Origin: Bacillota bacterium
Lineage (GTDB): Bacteria; Bacillota; Clostridia; Tissierellales; Sedimentibacteraceae
DNA: 64,000 nt
NCBI GenBank assembly: GCA_023425285.1
Contig: JAFACY010000283.1
Span: 337 to 64,336 of the forward strand
Direction of reading: 5' to 3'
The notes under the pieces are model-generated. The model saw only the letters and a list, made by a program, of their open reading frames with translations. It was not told where the DNA came from and ran no database searches. Made by a program: the position numbers and the translations under genes. The stretch's first letter is position 1, and every line of letters begins with the position of its first letter. Of this stretch, positions 9,740 to 19,815 are shown in pieces.

Positions 9740-10417
9740 TTATCCTCCCCTCCGTGCATTTTTTCTTGCTTCTTTTTTCTCTTTTCGGCCAACCCGCCAA
9801 ATTGCATAACATTCGCCAATGAATAGGCGAACAGGACGAATCAGCCTTAATAACTTTGCGATAATACCCGGCGACGATAATTTTTCAAGAGATTCAGTCA
9901 GAGCATTTGAAAGTTCTTTTGCATCAACCAATAACTTTCGCAAGGCATCAATCATTTCGGTATCAGGTGTTTGCTTAATTTTTATGTCTACAAGCCCACC
10001 ATCGCCAAATTCATACAACGCCTTATGTATCTGCAAAACCATCCTTGCCGATTCCTCGATAGTAACGGCTTTTACATATCGTAAAACAAATTTCTGTTTT
10101 GTGCGCAAAGATTCATTGAGTGATAGACACAATCGTCCGATTTCATTTGCAGCTATAATGTAATCAGCATTATCAAGCATTTTGAACGATATGCCTATTT
10201 CAAGCTTCTCAAGTTCCTTTCGGAAATTTTCAGCCTGCTGGAGCAGTTCTTCAATGATTTTTCTTTGCATATCGAATCGGCTCTGCTTTTTCATCGCACC
10301 ATTATTGATGATAACTGTAATTAAACCACCGAAAACAACGCTCATAACAACAAGGGTGCTTTCCTGCACAAAGTCTTGCTGAAAAGAAGTTTTTATAAAC
10401 TCAATGTACTGTTGCAC
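9740..10417 (-). CDS. Hypothetical membrane-anchored helical protein inserted between pglX and pglZ
   Basis: GGAGG RBS, GTG start; hydrophobic TLVVMSVVFGGLITVII segment followed by coiled-coil-like helices; AT-richer than neighbours. Confidence 0.75.
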   Translation of the reverse strand: MQQYIEFIKTSFQQDFVQESTLVVMSVVFGGLITVIINNGAMKKQSRFDMQRKIIEELLQQAENFRKELEKLEIGISFKMLDNADYIIAANEIGRLCLSLNESLRTKQKFVLRYVKAVTIEESARMVLQIHKALYEFGDGGLVDIKIKQTPDTEMIDALRKLLVDAKELSNALTESLEKLSSPGIIAKLLRLIRPVRLFIGECYAIWRVGRKEKKEARKNARRGG

Positions 10418-10429
10418 AAGCCGCCCCTC

Positions 10430-13400
10430 CTATATCTTCCCAAGCAAGTCCATCTTCTCCGTCTTGCCGTTGTCCTTCGGCACTTCCACACCTTGGAACC
10501 TCTCATAGTTGACCTTTACACCGTCATCAAGGTCAAGCTCAATCTGCTGATGGGCAATATGAGACATCACCTGATCATAGGTGCGGCACTCGTCAATCTT
10601 GGACTGCAGGGCGTCAATCTCCTTGCGGTAGGCGGCTTTGTCGCGGGCGTTGTCGGTGGTGGTTGCCAGCACTTCATACCGCTTGATTTCTGCTTCATAT
10701 TTCCGTTGAAGTGGGTGCAGATAGTCTGTACGCACACGCGCAATAGTGTACTTGTCATAGCGGTGGAGATAGAACAAAGCCTTAAACCCATCCTTTTTGC
10801 CGCTGTCAAGCAGCCAATAGATAGGCCTTTTCTGATATATTTTTAAATGATCTTTGTAAAAGTCGTTTAAGAAATAGCGGCGTATTTTCTCCTGTGCTGA
10901 GCCGTTCCCGGTGGGGTAGAGGGCGTCAGCGATGAAGTTCAAGTTCTCGCTCAGCGTGTCATTTCCATACACCGTACGAACAAACTCAACAAAGCAGACA
11001 ACAATATCATCCTCAAAGTAGTCGGCGCTGCCGATGGGGAGGATGTTATCTTCCTCCGGTAGATAGGTTTTATAGAGCTGCTTATCAAATGTGCCGCCGG
11101 CAAACACAAGACCCTGTTCGTCCAGACTATACCGCCCAAACATACAACCCACGGCATAACTGATAAAGCTACGAATATCTCGCCCAAGGTCGGCCTTACG
11201 GATGGTAACATCCTTATCCTCGACCTCTGGCGTAAGTTCGTCCTGCAAGCCGTATATGTCAATGAAGATGCGGTTGAGCTCTTCTTCATTAGCTTTAAGC
11301 TGAGAGAACTGCATTTCCGTAAACGTTTCCCAGGCCTTATAACTTAACTGTATTGACCCATTGTTTCTGAAATCCTCAGACGTTGGATCGCCCCACAGAG
11401 CATTGCTCTGTCTAAATTGGATGAGAGGATGCGTCTTAAAATCCCATGAGGTTTCAAAGCTATCCCAATCAGCGCGGGAAATGTTTATGTTATCAGAAAC
11501 GAAGTCCTCAACTTCACTTACTCGTTGCTTTATCAACGGTATCCTACTAATCTGTTCAGGGCCAAAATTCATTGTTGGAGCTAATAACCTTAAAATGGTC
11601 ATTGTGATACTTGAATTTAAAAGCCCAAGTGAATATTTCAAATTTTTGTGGAAGAAGCTCACGGGTCCACCATTCCCGAAAATAACGCCTGACGGTACGT
11701 ATCGGCAAGTAAAAACACCTGCTGCAACCTCCGTCCAAGTTATTGCTTCCCTCATATAGTAAGCCTTGTCACGTAAACGATAATTGGTGACTGTGGCCTT
11801 TATTTGCTCGCCATCATTTTCAAGATTTACAATATCTTCAAGATTTCCATACCATTTTCTTCTAAAGCCTCCTCCCGTTTTAGGGAACCACTTCTTGTTT
11901 GATTTGTGCATATCATTGTAGGAATAGCATTTAAAGCCTATTTTATTATTGTTTACCTCAAACCAGAAACGAACAAATTTTTCATCATTACCTGTTAAAA
12001 CACCTTTTTTTGTATCGCCTTCAAAAGTAATACTGTTATCAAATGCGTTAAATAACAATATAGATGCCCAATACGCGACTGGCACACCAGCTATTTTTTC
12101 AAAGTTACTGCTATTGGCAACATATCGATTGGTACCTGTTAAAAATGCCTCTTCTTTCGCATCCTGTCCGGGATAATCCACCAGGCGAGCATATGTACCA
12201 AGGTAACCGCTCATGTGAGACCGGCGCATCACAAAGGCGGTCGTCTGTACAACTTCGCCGCCAATTTCATCAAATGCGCGCGCTCCCAAATGTGCCATAT
12301 TGACAATATCTTTTGACGCAATCAGCTTTTCGCGGAACTTTTCATAGCTCGATAAAAACATCCATGAGTGCATTGTAATCATGGACAAATAACCGTTTTG
12401 TTTGAGAAAGTCAAAGTTTCGCTCAATAAAGACAACGCACAGGTCACTTTTCGTATCGGGATAGTTTTTCTTCACCCAATCCGCTTGCGCCGGTGCGGGA
12501 GCCATATACGGCGGATTCGTCACAACTACATCGTATTTCTGCGCAAGCACTTCGGCAATGTCAATTAAATGGTCAAAATATGTCGCCTGCGAAATAAAAT
12601 CAGTGTCATCCATCGCGATTTGCCCAGTTGCAAAGTTGTGGACATAGCTCCTGAGCCGTGCGAAATCAATCTCACGCTCAATTTTGATGGCAGAGCCAAA
12701 GATTTTGCCTTTATCGTCGCCTAACGTTTCTGCGAGGTATAGCAAATCCTGATATGCGGCTTTTCTGTCGCTTTCGGTCATGCTAACGCCAAGCCATTTT
12801 TCAATGCCTACGATAAACCATTTTCGTTCGGGGAAACTATAAACCATCGGCTGCGGAATGGTATCCTGTCGGAAGAAACGGCGATTGTAACTCCGTGCCT
12901 TTATCATCAGAGCAAAATAGGCAAGCTGACCGGCACGGTCGTCTATGTCCAAACCATAGAGATTATTTTGCAAAATCAGATTGGGGATCTCACGCTCAGC
13001 GTAGCCCTGACTCAAATAAATCTGATACAGCACCTCGAAAGCGTACACCAAAATGTGACCACTACCCATGCAGGGGTCAATCAGTTTGATTTTCTTGGGA
13101 TCGTAGTTTTTATTACGCATCCGCAAATCATAGAGATGTTCTTTTACCTTCTCGTCCTGTTCGGCTTCCTCAACATAATATTTCCACTTATCTTTCAGCG
13201 CCTGCTGTTCTTTCCCAATAGGCCTTTCTTCGCCTTCACCAAAAGAAAAATTCCCAAAATCAATATAATTCCAGTCAAATGTCTTTTGCGTTTCCAGTTG
13301 CTCAAGCCACAACCGTCCCAAGCTGTTCTCCACCATATACTTTACAATCCACTGTGGTGTGAAAAGCTGTGTAATGGCGGGAATGGCATCTTTGTTTATT

Positions 13401-14134
13401 GTCACATTTTTCTTTTGAGCGTTAACTTCATCTTTCTTCTCGGAGATATAAAACTGGTACAGCCAGCCTATAATTTCAATCTGCCCCTGCTTTTCAATAT
13501 GAAAATTGTCCTCATGGATCATGTTCACAAGGTCATGGACAATACCGCCTTTAGCGAGCAGAGCATCGGGCAAAAGAAGTTCCGTGTAGTCGTTCTCTTT
13601 CTCAAACATACCCGGCAGTATTTTATGCAAGGCGTTGCACTGAGAGATAAGGATGTATTTGTATAGCTTCTCAGAAGCGTTTATACCCGTGTCCGCTCTT
13701 AGTTCGGTGACTTTTGCTTGATTCACATAATCAAGGTGCTCAACCTCACGCAAGGCATCGGGCTCCACACGCCCAATCTCTTGGCTCGACAAAATGCGGG
13801 TGTTGGAGGGCAGCCACTCGTTGACCTCCATAATCCGCAGCGCAATCAAGCGGTTGAACCATGTGCAAGCCACGTTTTCCATAACCCGGTTGAAGATTGC
13901 AGGCTTATACGGCATATCTTCATGCAACAGCTCATCATACAGCCGTCTGCGGGCATTTAACTGATCAGAGGACAGGAAGATGCCGTCTGCCTGCAGGCGT
14001 TCAATCTCCGCACCGGGGCGCAGGGTTTTTGCGCTGTCCTCAAATATATATAGTTGTTGCGCCTTCAGCTTCACCGCTTCAATCAGTTTGCGGCGAGCTT
14101 CAACGGCATAATTTCTTATCGCTGTTTTATCCAC
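10430..14134 (-). CDS. pglX: BREX-1 adenine-specific DNA methyltransferase PglX (BrxX)
   Basis: TWFNRLIALR, TQLFTPQWIVKYMVENSLGRLW, DPCMGSGH (motif I), NPPY (motif IV), KRPIYW, IELDLDDGVKVNY. Confidence 0.96.
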   Translation of the reverse strand: MDKTAIRNYAVEARRKLIEAVKLKAQQLYIFEDSAKTLRPGAEIERLQADGIFLSSDQLNARRRLYDELLHEDMPYKPAIFNRVMENVACTWFNRLIALRIMEVNEWLPSNTRILSSQEIGRVEPDALREVEHLDYVNQAKVTELRADTGINASEKLYKYILISQCNALHKILPGMFEKENDYTELLLPDALLAKGGIVHDLVNMIHEDNFHIEKQGQIEIIGWLYQFYISEKKDEVNAQKKNVTINKDAIPAITQLFTPQWIVKYMVENSLGRLWLEQLETQKTFDWNYIDFGNFSFGEGEERPIGKEQQALKDKWKYYVEEAEQDEKVKEHLYDLRMRNKNYDPKKIKLIDPCMGSGHILVYAFEVLYQIYLSQGYAEREIPNLILQNNLYGLDIDDRAGQLAYFALMIKARSYNRRFFRQDTIPQPMVYSFPERKWFIVGIEKWLGVSMTESDRKAAYQDLLYLAETLGDDKGKIFGSAIKIEREIDFARLRSYVHNFATGQIAMDDTDFISQATYFDHLIDIAEVLAQKYDVVVTNPPYMAPAPAQADWVKKNYPDTKSDLCVVFIERNFDFLKQNGYLSMITMHSWMFLSSYEKFREKLIASKDIVNMAHLGARAFDEIGGEVVQTTAFVMRRSHMSGYLGTYARLVDYPGQDAKEEAFLTGTNRYVANSSNFEKIAGVPVAYWASILLFNAFDNSITFEGDTKKGVLTGNDEKFVRFWFEVNNNKIGFKCYSYNDMHKSNKKWFPKTGGGFRRKWYGNLEDIVNLENDGEQIKATVTNYRLRDKAYYMREAITWTEVAAGVFTCRYVPSGVIFGNGGPVSFFHKNLKYSLGLLNSSITMTILRLLAPTMNFGPEQISRIPLIKQRVSEVEDFVSDNINISRADWDSFETSWDFKTHPLIQFRQSNALWGDPTSEDFRNNGSIQLSYKAWETFTEMQFSQLKANEEELNRIFIDIYGLQDELTPEVEDKDVTIRKADLGRDIRSFISYAVGCMFGRYSLDEQGLVFAGGTFDKQLYKTYLPEEDNILPIGSADYFEDDIVVCFVEFVRTVYGNDTLSENLNFIADALYPTGNGSAQEKIRRYFLNDFYKDHLKIYQKRPIYWLLDSGKKDGFKALFYLHRYDKYTIARVRTDYLHPLQRKYEAEIKRYEVLATTTDNARDKAAYRKEIDALQSKIDECRTYDQVMSHIAHQQIELDLDDGVKVNYERFQGVEVPKDNGKTEKMDLLGKI

Positions 14135-14152
14135 TGCGAAATCCCTCCCGTC

Positions 14153-17100
14153 TTAAATTATCTGTATTGTAGTGTCATCCTCAAGCTGCGCTTCAAGCTT
14201 CTTTCGCAGCTCGTCAAGCAGACGGTCAATATCCTGCCTGCTTGTAATTTGATTCGTACCGCCAAACAACACTTTTGCACTCACTGTTTTTGTCTTATGA
14301 ATGGGAGGGGGTGGCACATCATCGCCGGCCTTGGCCGAAGCGGCGGCAAGGCGAGCCTCCTCATCGATAAACATCTGGATAAACCGCTGCTTCATGCGGT
14401 CACTTTCGGTTTGCATAGCAATCGCTTCGTAAATGTTGTTGGCATGGGCAAGCCTGTCAATCAGCGAACCAAAGTCTTTACGCACTTTCTCGGCATACTT
14501 ATCCTTGAAAGAGCGTTGGTTTAATTCAGTGCCGGTGATTTCCCAATCCGTGTTTATGCTTGCGCGAATAGGCTCGCATTCATCTTCTAGCAACTGAGCG
14601 AAGCGATTTGTGAATTGCTCTATGAGTTCAGGTAGCTTATGGATTTCGGAGTAAGGGGACTGTAAGCGCGTGATTTTTTCAATTTTCTCGACCAGCGTGA
14701 TTGTCTCCGGGTCAAGCACATAGGAACGGTTACCCTCGTAAATAGCAAGCATCTTTAAGGCATTGTCGAAGATAGGGCGTTGGTTCTTGAAGAACTTTTT
14801 AACATCCTGAACATCTTCTTCGTAGTCAAGCAATGTGTCCTTCTCGTGCTGCAAATACTCGTAGAACGCTTTAATATCTTTGATGCGGTCAATTTCCTCT
14901 AAAAGTTTTTTGCCATTCTCTAATACCGTTTTGCCCGGATAACGGGTATTGCTGTACTCGTGAAGCAAATCCTTTATGCTGTCATTATTTCCGGAGAGTT
15001 CAGCGGAAGCAAAGTCCTTAATGCGAAGCATCAAGCCATCTTCATCACTCGGTACATCGCTTCTTCCAAACACTTCTTTTGCGAGATTCTTTGCATTCGC
15101 CAGAAGTGAGGGATTGACAATATCTCTCCACTTCACCACAAGGCGGTCGAGGTATTCACGCTTGGTGATGTAGTTAATAACACCCAAATCGCTTGTAGAG
15201 ATATTCTCACCGTTCATCTCAAAGCGGATCTTCTGATTTTTGAACAGAGTCAACACGATTCCCGCAATGTCCATGTCTTTCCATCCATATGGAATCTTAC
15301 TAAACTGCTCCGTAATACTCCGCATGGTAACAGCCAGATTCTTGAAATGGCTGCGCTCGATAACTTCAAGTATCTCGGTCAGCGCAAGGTGATTTGGCGG
15401 GGTTTGCTGCATGCCGTCAAGGGTGAGCTTATTATCCTTTACCGTGAGGATTTCACGTAGGCTATCTGCTGTGAGGTATGGGCTGACAATGTAGTTCTGC
15501 TTTGTGTAGATGCCCTCAATCAAGGTTCGGAAAGCATCGTTAATGCGCTGTTCTGGCTGCTTTTCTTTTATGTCAAGACGAATACCATTCACATAGATTG
15601 CCGCCGTTTTGAGCGACTCCACAATCAGGTCACGGCAGCGATCTGCTCTCTGCCGGCCCTCTTGCGTTTTAGTTACCTTAATAATCTCTGCTTCGCTCGT
15701 TGACGTTCTGCCAGAATTTCTGCGGATAAAGGTTTCGATTTGAAGGGACTGTTCCATTTCCTCCAAGAAACCCGTATCGGGAGGCATGGCCACAACGACA
15801 TTACGCTCACGAATGGAGATGCCTTTCATTTCCATATCTTCAACGCCGCCATGAGCATATATCGGAGTGATTACTTTTAGCCCGATTTCCTCTTTTTGTG
15901 CTCCGATGGGGCGATCGTCAATTATGGTGTTAAAACCAAAGTCATATCGCTCGTTGTAGCGAAACTTTTTGTTCAAGCCAAATAGGACGGAGAATATCTC
16001 GCCGCCCACTTTATCTATGATTTCCGACTGGTCTATGCGAATTTCCCGAATTTCACGGTTGATGTCTTGTTCCTCGTTGGTAAGGAAGATAAAAACATCA
16101 CCGTTCTTGCTAATCAATTTTTGATCTTCCAAGCGGCGCAGAGAAGCATCCACTTTTTTCTTCGCTTCAATCTTATCCTGGTCAACATTTTGGAGCATAA
16201 TAGTGGTGATGTTTTCAAGATTTGAAGGAAGAACATTGGGGATGTACTTCACCATGAACAGAACCTTAAGAACTTCAACATCATACGCCTGCAACGCACC
16301 GCCACGCTCTGCACTTTCCTCCGCATCTAAAATTACCTTGCGAATATTGTGATCGAGGAATGTTTCAACCGTCCGATAAAAAGCATCGAATGGTATCAGA
16401 ACGCCATCTTCGAAGTTTGCGTATTGCATGGCCGCCTCTTGGAACGCATTAAGAAGTGAACGCTCACCCTCAGACAGGTGTTTGCCTGATGCCCCATGGG
16501 TACGGATACCATTGAATACGGCTTGCAGTAGATTGAACTGATAGGGGATAAAAGGATATACATCAGCAAATTCGTCTGCGGAATCGTATAGCCGCTTTTC
16601 TGCAGTATCCTGCGAAAATGTAATCAGGTTTTTAAGGATAGCGGACTTATCTGCGTAAACAAGGCGCAGCTTTTCAGCCGCCGTATCCGTTTTGGCCAGC
16701 AGTCTTTTCTTGATAACCTCGTCCACGTTTGCCGAGGACAGAGAGAGCCTTGTGTCAAATCGCCCAATAATCTTCGAGAAGGCATCGCGATTCACATTGG
16801 TTATGGAATCTATATCCTCTTGCCCGGTGCATATAACCCAAGCTTGTCCACCGCACTCGTTCCCAAGCCCTTCAACAATGTTTTGGAGATTGAGCATGAG
16901 AGCACCGGAACTGCCGATGTACTGACCGACTTCATCACACAGGAATACAACAAACTGCTTCTTCCCAGTTTGACTTTGTTTGGCTTCGATGTATTCTCGT
17001 ACCCGGCGGGCAAAGGAATTGATATCAAGTGCATAGTTTTCTTCCGCTTTGTTGTACCACGAGAGCGCAGCATCGGTACTCATCCTCGTAGTGTCGGCCA

Positions 17101-17731
17101 AAGCCTGCACTATGTTGTCCTGCTCGAAGTAGAAATCTTCGCGTCCATCTTCCCACTCATTGCCGGAAATCTCTTTAAAGCGGGCACGGAAAGCGTCATA
17201 CTTTCCGTCCTTGACCATCTGCCGCTCTAAATCAGCGATCCACGGCATAGAGCCGCAGAAGCCCTGCATCTTGTTAAAGACCTTCATAAAAACCTTAACA
17301 ATAGGGTCTTTGTTGGTCTTGGAGTCGGAATCCGCTTCAGCATCAATGTTAAAAAGAATAATATCCGTGCTTGTATTTGCGGCAACCTGCATATCAGCCA
17401 TAATACGGCTGTCGACAATTTTACCCTCAAAGAAAGTAATCGCCTTTTGACCGTCATATGTATCACTTCCGAGCAGGTAAGAAAGTATTTTTAAGAAGTG
17501 TGATTTACCACTCCCAAAAAAGCCGGAAATCCACACACCAATCTTGTCGGTACGGTGTTGCGTCCCCTTGCGGTATCCATCGAAAAACTTATCAAAGTGA
17601 CGGTTTAGTTCTTTGGTAACGACGTACTCGTCCAGCTCATCCCTTATCATTTCGGGGGAATCCTGACCAATTTTCACTACACCTTGAATTGGTCTGCTAA
17701 TTCGTTTATGAAACATCTCGTTAATCTTCAT
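14153..17731 (-). CDS. brxC: BREX P-loop ATPase BrxC
   Basis: ELDEYVVT, GVWISGFFGSGKSHFLK, DEVGQYI, YPFIPYQF, GERSLL, PYGW. Confidence 0.96.
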   Translation of the reverse strand: MKINEMFHKRISRPIQGVVKIGQDSPEMIRDELDEYVVTKELNRHFDKFFDGYRKGTQHRTDKIGVWISGFFGSGKSHFLKILSYLLGSDTYDGQKAITFFEGKIVDSRIMADMQVAANTSTDIILFNIDAEADSDSKTNKDPIVKVFMKVFNKMQGFCGSMPWIADLERQMVKDGKYDAFRARFKEISGNEWEDGREDFYFEQDNIVQALADTTRMSTDAALSWYNKAEENYALDINSFARRVREYIEAKQSQTGKKQFVVFLCDEVGQYIGSSGALMLNLQNIVEGLGNECGGQAWVICTGQEDIDSITNVNRDAFSKIIGRFDTRLSLSSANVDEVIKKRLLAKTDTAAEKLRLVYADKSAILKNLITFSQDTAEKRLYDSADEFADVYPFIPYQFNLLQAVFNGIRTHGASGKHLSEGERSLLNAFQEAAMQYANFEDGVLIPFDAFYRTVETFLDHNIRKVILDAEESAERGGALQAYDVEVLKVLFMVKYIPNVLPSNLENITTIMLQNVDQDKIEAKKKVDASLRRLEDQKLISKNGDVFIFLTNEEQDINREIREIRIDQSEIIDKVGGEIFSVLFGLNKKFRYNERYDFGFNTIIDDRPIGAQKEEIGLKVITPIYAHGGVEDMEMKGISIRERNVVVAMPPDTGFLEEMEQSLQIETFIRRNSGRTSTSEAEIIKVTKTQEGRQRADRCRDLIVESLKTAAIYVNGIRLDIKEKQPEQRINDAFRTLIEGIYTKQNYIVSPYLTADSLREILTVKDNKLTLDGMQQTPPNHLALTEILEVIERSHFKNLAVTMRSITEQFSKIPYGWKDMDIAGIVLTLFKNQKIRFEMNGENISTSDLGVINYITKREYLDRLVVKWRDIVNPSLLANAKNLAKEVFGRSDVPSDEDGLMLRIKDFASAELSGNNDSIKDLLHEYSNTRYPGKTVLENGKKLLEEIDRIKDIKAFYEYLQHEKDTLLDYEEDVQDVKKFFKNQRPIFDNALKMLAIYEGNRSYVLDPETITLVEKIEKITRLQSPYSEIHKLPELIEQFTNRFAQLLEDECEPIRASINTDWEITGTELNQRSFKDKYAEKVRKDFGSLIDRLAHANNIYEAIAMQTESDRMKQRFIQMFIDEEARLAAASAKAGDDVPPPPIHKTKTVSAKVLFGGTNQITSRQDIDRLLDELRKKLEAQLEDDTTIQII

Positions 17732-17742
17732 ATCTCCACCCC

Positions 17743-18324
17743 TTATCTCTCAATGAGCTTGAACGCTCTATAATAATTATCGTCCGTAATCTCCCCGAAT
17801 AGGCGCAGCTCGTTTGTATAGTTACCTGGGAAGAACATAACGAGCGGATTCTTATCTACCTTGCTGTGCAGATTGTTAAGTATCGTATGAGAGCGGACGA
17901 TAGGCCACGCTTTCCCGATGCCCGTCAGAAAGATAATATCTTGCTCAGGCTTAAGTTTCTCTACGATTTTCCCAATGATTAAGTCGCCGTCTTCGGTCAG
18001 TCGGAGCGTCCGTTTAATCGGGTTAATAATGGCATCACTGCCTTTTGATTGTTCCATCTGCTTCACCTTGTCAAGGTAATCCTTTGACCGCAAAACATCA
18101 AGCATAAGGGTGTATAAATCAAAATGCACAATTCTAACATCGTCATTCTTGCCATTTATACGGTTCACCAAGAACTCAATATGGGCGCGCACCGCCATCT
18201 CATCCTCGGGGTCATAATCGAATATCCAGAAGTTGACCTCATTCGCAGTTCCACGACCTGTGCGAAAACTCTTTTCAAGTATTTTCGGCTCAATAAGGTC
18301 AAGCCGCTTATTCAAATTCATCAT
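17743..18324 (-). CDS. brxB: BREX protein BrxB (DUF1788)
   Basis: NFWIFDYDPEDE, LTGIGKAWPIVRSHTILNNL, MFFPGNY, DNYYRAF. Confidence 0.93.
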   Translation of the reverse strand: MMNLNKRLDLIEPKILEKSFRTGRGTANEVNFWIFDYDPEDEMAVRAHIEFLVNRINGKNDDVRIVHFDLYTLMLDVLRSKDYLDKVKQMEQSKGSDAIINPIKRTLRLTEDGDLIIGKIVEKLKPEQDIIFLTGIGKAWPIVRSHTILNNLHSKVDKNPLVMFFPGNYTNELRLFGEITDDNYYRAFKLIER

Positions 18325-18327
18325 GTG

Positions 18328-18930
18328 CTATACCTCCATGAGCATTGCCTTGATATATACTTTATCCGTTTCGTCAAACAATACACGAAGCGTGTCATCA
18401 ATGATAGGGCGCTGTATCAATAGAGCATTGCCGTTTCTTTTAGCAAGTTTTGCATCACAAAGGGCACTTTTAATTTTGCTACGAACGCTTGCGAGATTAC
18501 TCACAGACCACTTTGCAACAACTGCGCTGTTCTGTGCCTTGCGCTCTATAAAATCTAAAAAATCTTTATCCGTAATCTCATCAAAGCCCGCTTGAAATCT
18601 ATCTGCATAGACTTCGTACATATATTCAAAAAGTAAACGGTCTGCTTTCATCAGTGCAAGAAATGAAACTAATCTCGCCTCATCATCACGTCCGTACGCA
18701 ATAACGTTTAAGAGTGGCTGGTTAATGGTTAGCAGCCGTTTTATCATTCTAAGCGGTACATCACGGCGACGTTTTTCCTTATCAAGCTGGTATATATTTT
18801 TCTCCATTGACAACCGCACAATCTCATCGGCGGCTTTATTCTCGCATAAAAGTAACGCTGTTCGTTTCATCTCGGAAAACATCAATGGCATATCTTTTAT
18901 CGAGGAAGTATATTGCAGTTCTTTTGCCAT
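18328..18930 (-). CDS. brxA: BREX protein BrxA (DUF1819)
   Basis: Position before brxB; YTSSI..NIYQ..RLL..DRLLFEYM..KWS pattern; start ATG 18930 with AAGGAGG RBS. Confidence 0.88.
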   Translation of the reverse strand: MAKELQYTSSIKDMPLMFSEMKRTALLLCENKAADEIVRLSMEKNIYQLDKEKRRRDVPLRMIKRLLTINQPLLNVIAYGRDDEARLVSFLALMKADRLLFEYMYEVYADRFQAGFDEITDKDFLDFIERKAQNSAVVAKWSVSNLASVRSKIKSALCDAKLAKRNGNALLIQRPIIDDTLRVLFDETDKVYIKAMLMEV

Positions 18931-18943
18931 AGCCGCATCCTCC

Positions 18944-19072
18944 TTATTCATCTTGATTCTCATCTTCTGAGGTTGCCTTATCAAAGTCTGGTCGATTGAT
19001 ACAAAGCAATATAGGCGAAGGCAGTCCGAGTAATTTATTTGCTGTTAGAATACGACCATTAATTGACCCCAT
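18944..19072 (-). CDS. 42-aa small ORF MGSINGRILTANKLLGLPSPILLCINRPDFDKATSEDENQDE
   Basis: GAGGAG RBS; its stop overlaps the brxA RBS; below the ORF-track size cutoff. Confidence 0.5.
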   Translation of the reverse strand: MGSINGRILTANKLLGLPSPILLCINRPDFDKATSEDENQDE

Positions 19073-19123
19073 TATAATTCTCCTCATCGTTTTGTCCGGT
19101 AATGACTCTACTCACATAATAAC

Positions 19124-19333
19124 TTAATTGTCTTTATCTTCGTTACTCGCTGCTGCTCCACCGGAGCGAATCCATTCGTCAACCTCAGAGATCTTGAACT
19201 TCCACAACTTACCAAGCCTGTGTGCCGGCATACCCTTATGTTCAATCCATTTGAATATAGACTCACGGCTTGCGCCGAGATATTCGGTTATCTCTTTGAG
19301 TGATGACCACTTTTCAATATTGTTATTATCCAT
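19124..19333 (-). CDS. Small excisionase/AlpA-like (HTH_17) DNA-binding protein
   Basis: KWSSLKEITEYLGASRESIFKWIEHKGMPAHRLGKLWKFKISEVDEWI; start ATG 19333. Confidence 0.85.
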   Translation of the reverse strand: MDNNNIEKWSSLKEITEYLGASRESIFKWIEHKGMPAHRLGKLWKFKISEVDEWIRSGGAAASNEDKDN

Positions 19334-19385
19334 TACACATCTCCCATCTCCGAATGCACTGAACAACGGATTTTGATACCTTCTG

Positions 19386-19799
19386 CTAATCCCATTTTTT
19401 GAGCCATTTTTGTACATCATTATTTGCTTCTACAACGACTTTATCGTTACCAGGGGGCGTTTTAATGAACAAAATGGTTGTGCCCCCGATAGACTTTTGA
19501 GCATATTTCGTTTCCGGGTTAATTCTATAAAAATCACCCACTGCATAATAGGTTTCTTCTCCTGTATCAACATTAAGATACTTTGTTTCGCCACTAATCA
19601 TATACTGGTATTCGTAAGCGACCTTATGCCAATGCGGAGCCTCAACCGTATATTCCTTATAGTCCGTGATACCAATTTCAATATTGGTGTCGTCTATATG
19701 GTCGAGCTCCTGCGGCAACTTGAGATGCCCAGCAAGGTATTGCCTTGTCGTGCCTTTGAGTGCGTCGTTGATGGCCGTAGCCATAAGTTTCTTGAACAT
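19386..19799 (-). CDS. Cupin-fold protein
   Basis: PHWHKVAYEYQYMISG (cupin motif 1, HxH..E..G) and GDFYRINPETKY (motif 2-like); GGAGG RBS, ATG 19799. Confidence 0.75.
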   Translation of the reverse strand: MFKKLMATAINDALKGTTRQYLAGHLKLPQELDHIDDTNIEIGITDYKEYTVEAPHWHKVAYEYQYMISGETKYLNVDTGEETYYAVGDFYRINPETKYAQKSIGGTTILFIKTPPGNDKVVVEANNDVQKWLKKWD

Positions 19800-19815
19800 A
19801 CTTTCTTCCTCCAAT

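Noticed and set aside
9052..13666. Long antisense ORFs (9052-9711, 12968-13666 and similar)
   Set aside because: Shadows of pglZ and pglX, with no RBS or recognisable motifs
10430..14134. pglX phase-variation cassette (invertase plus partial pglX copy)
   Set aside because: Only one pglX, and no adjacent recombinase or inverted partial copy
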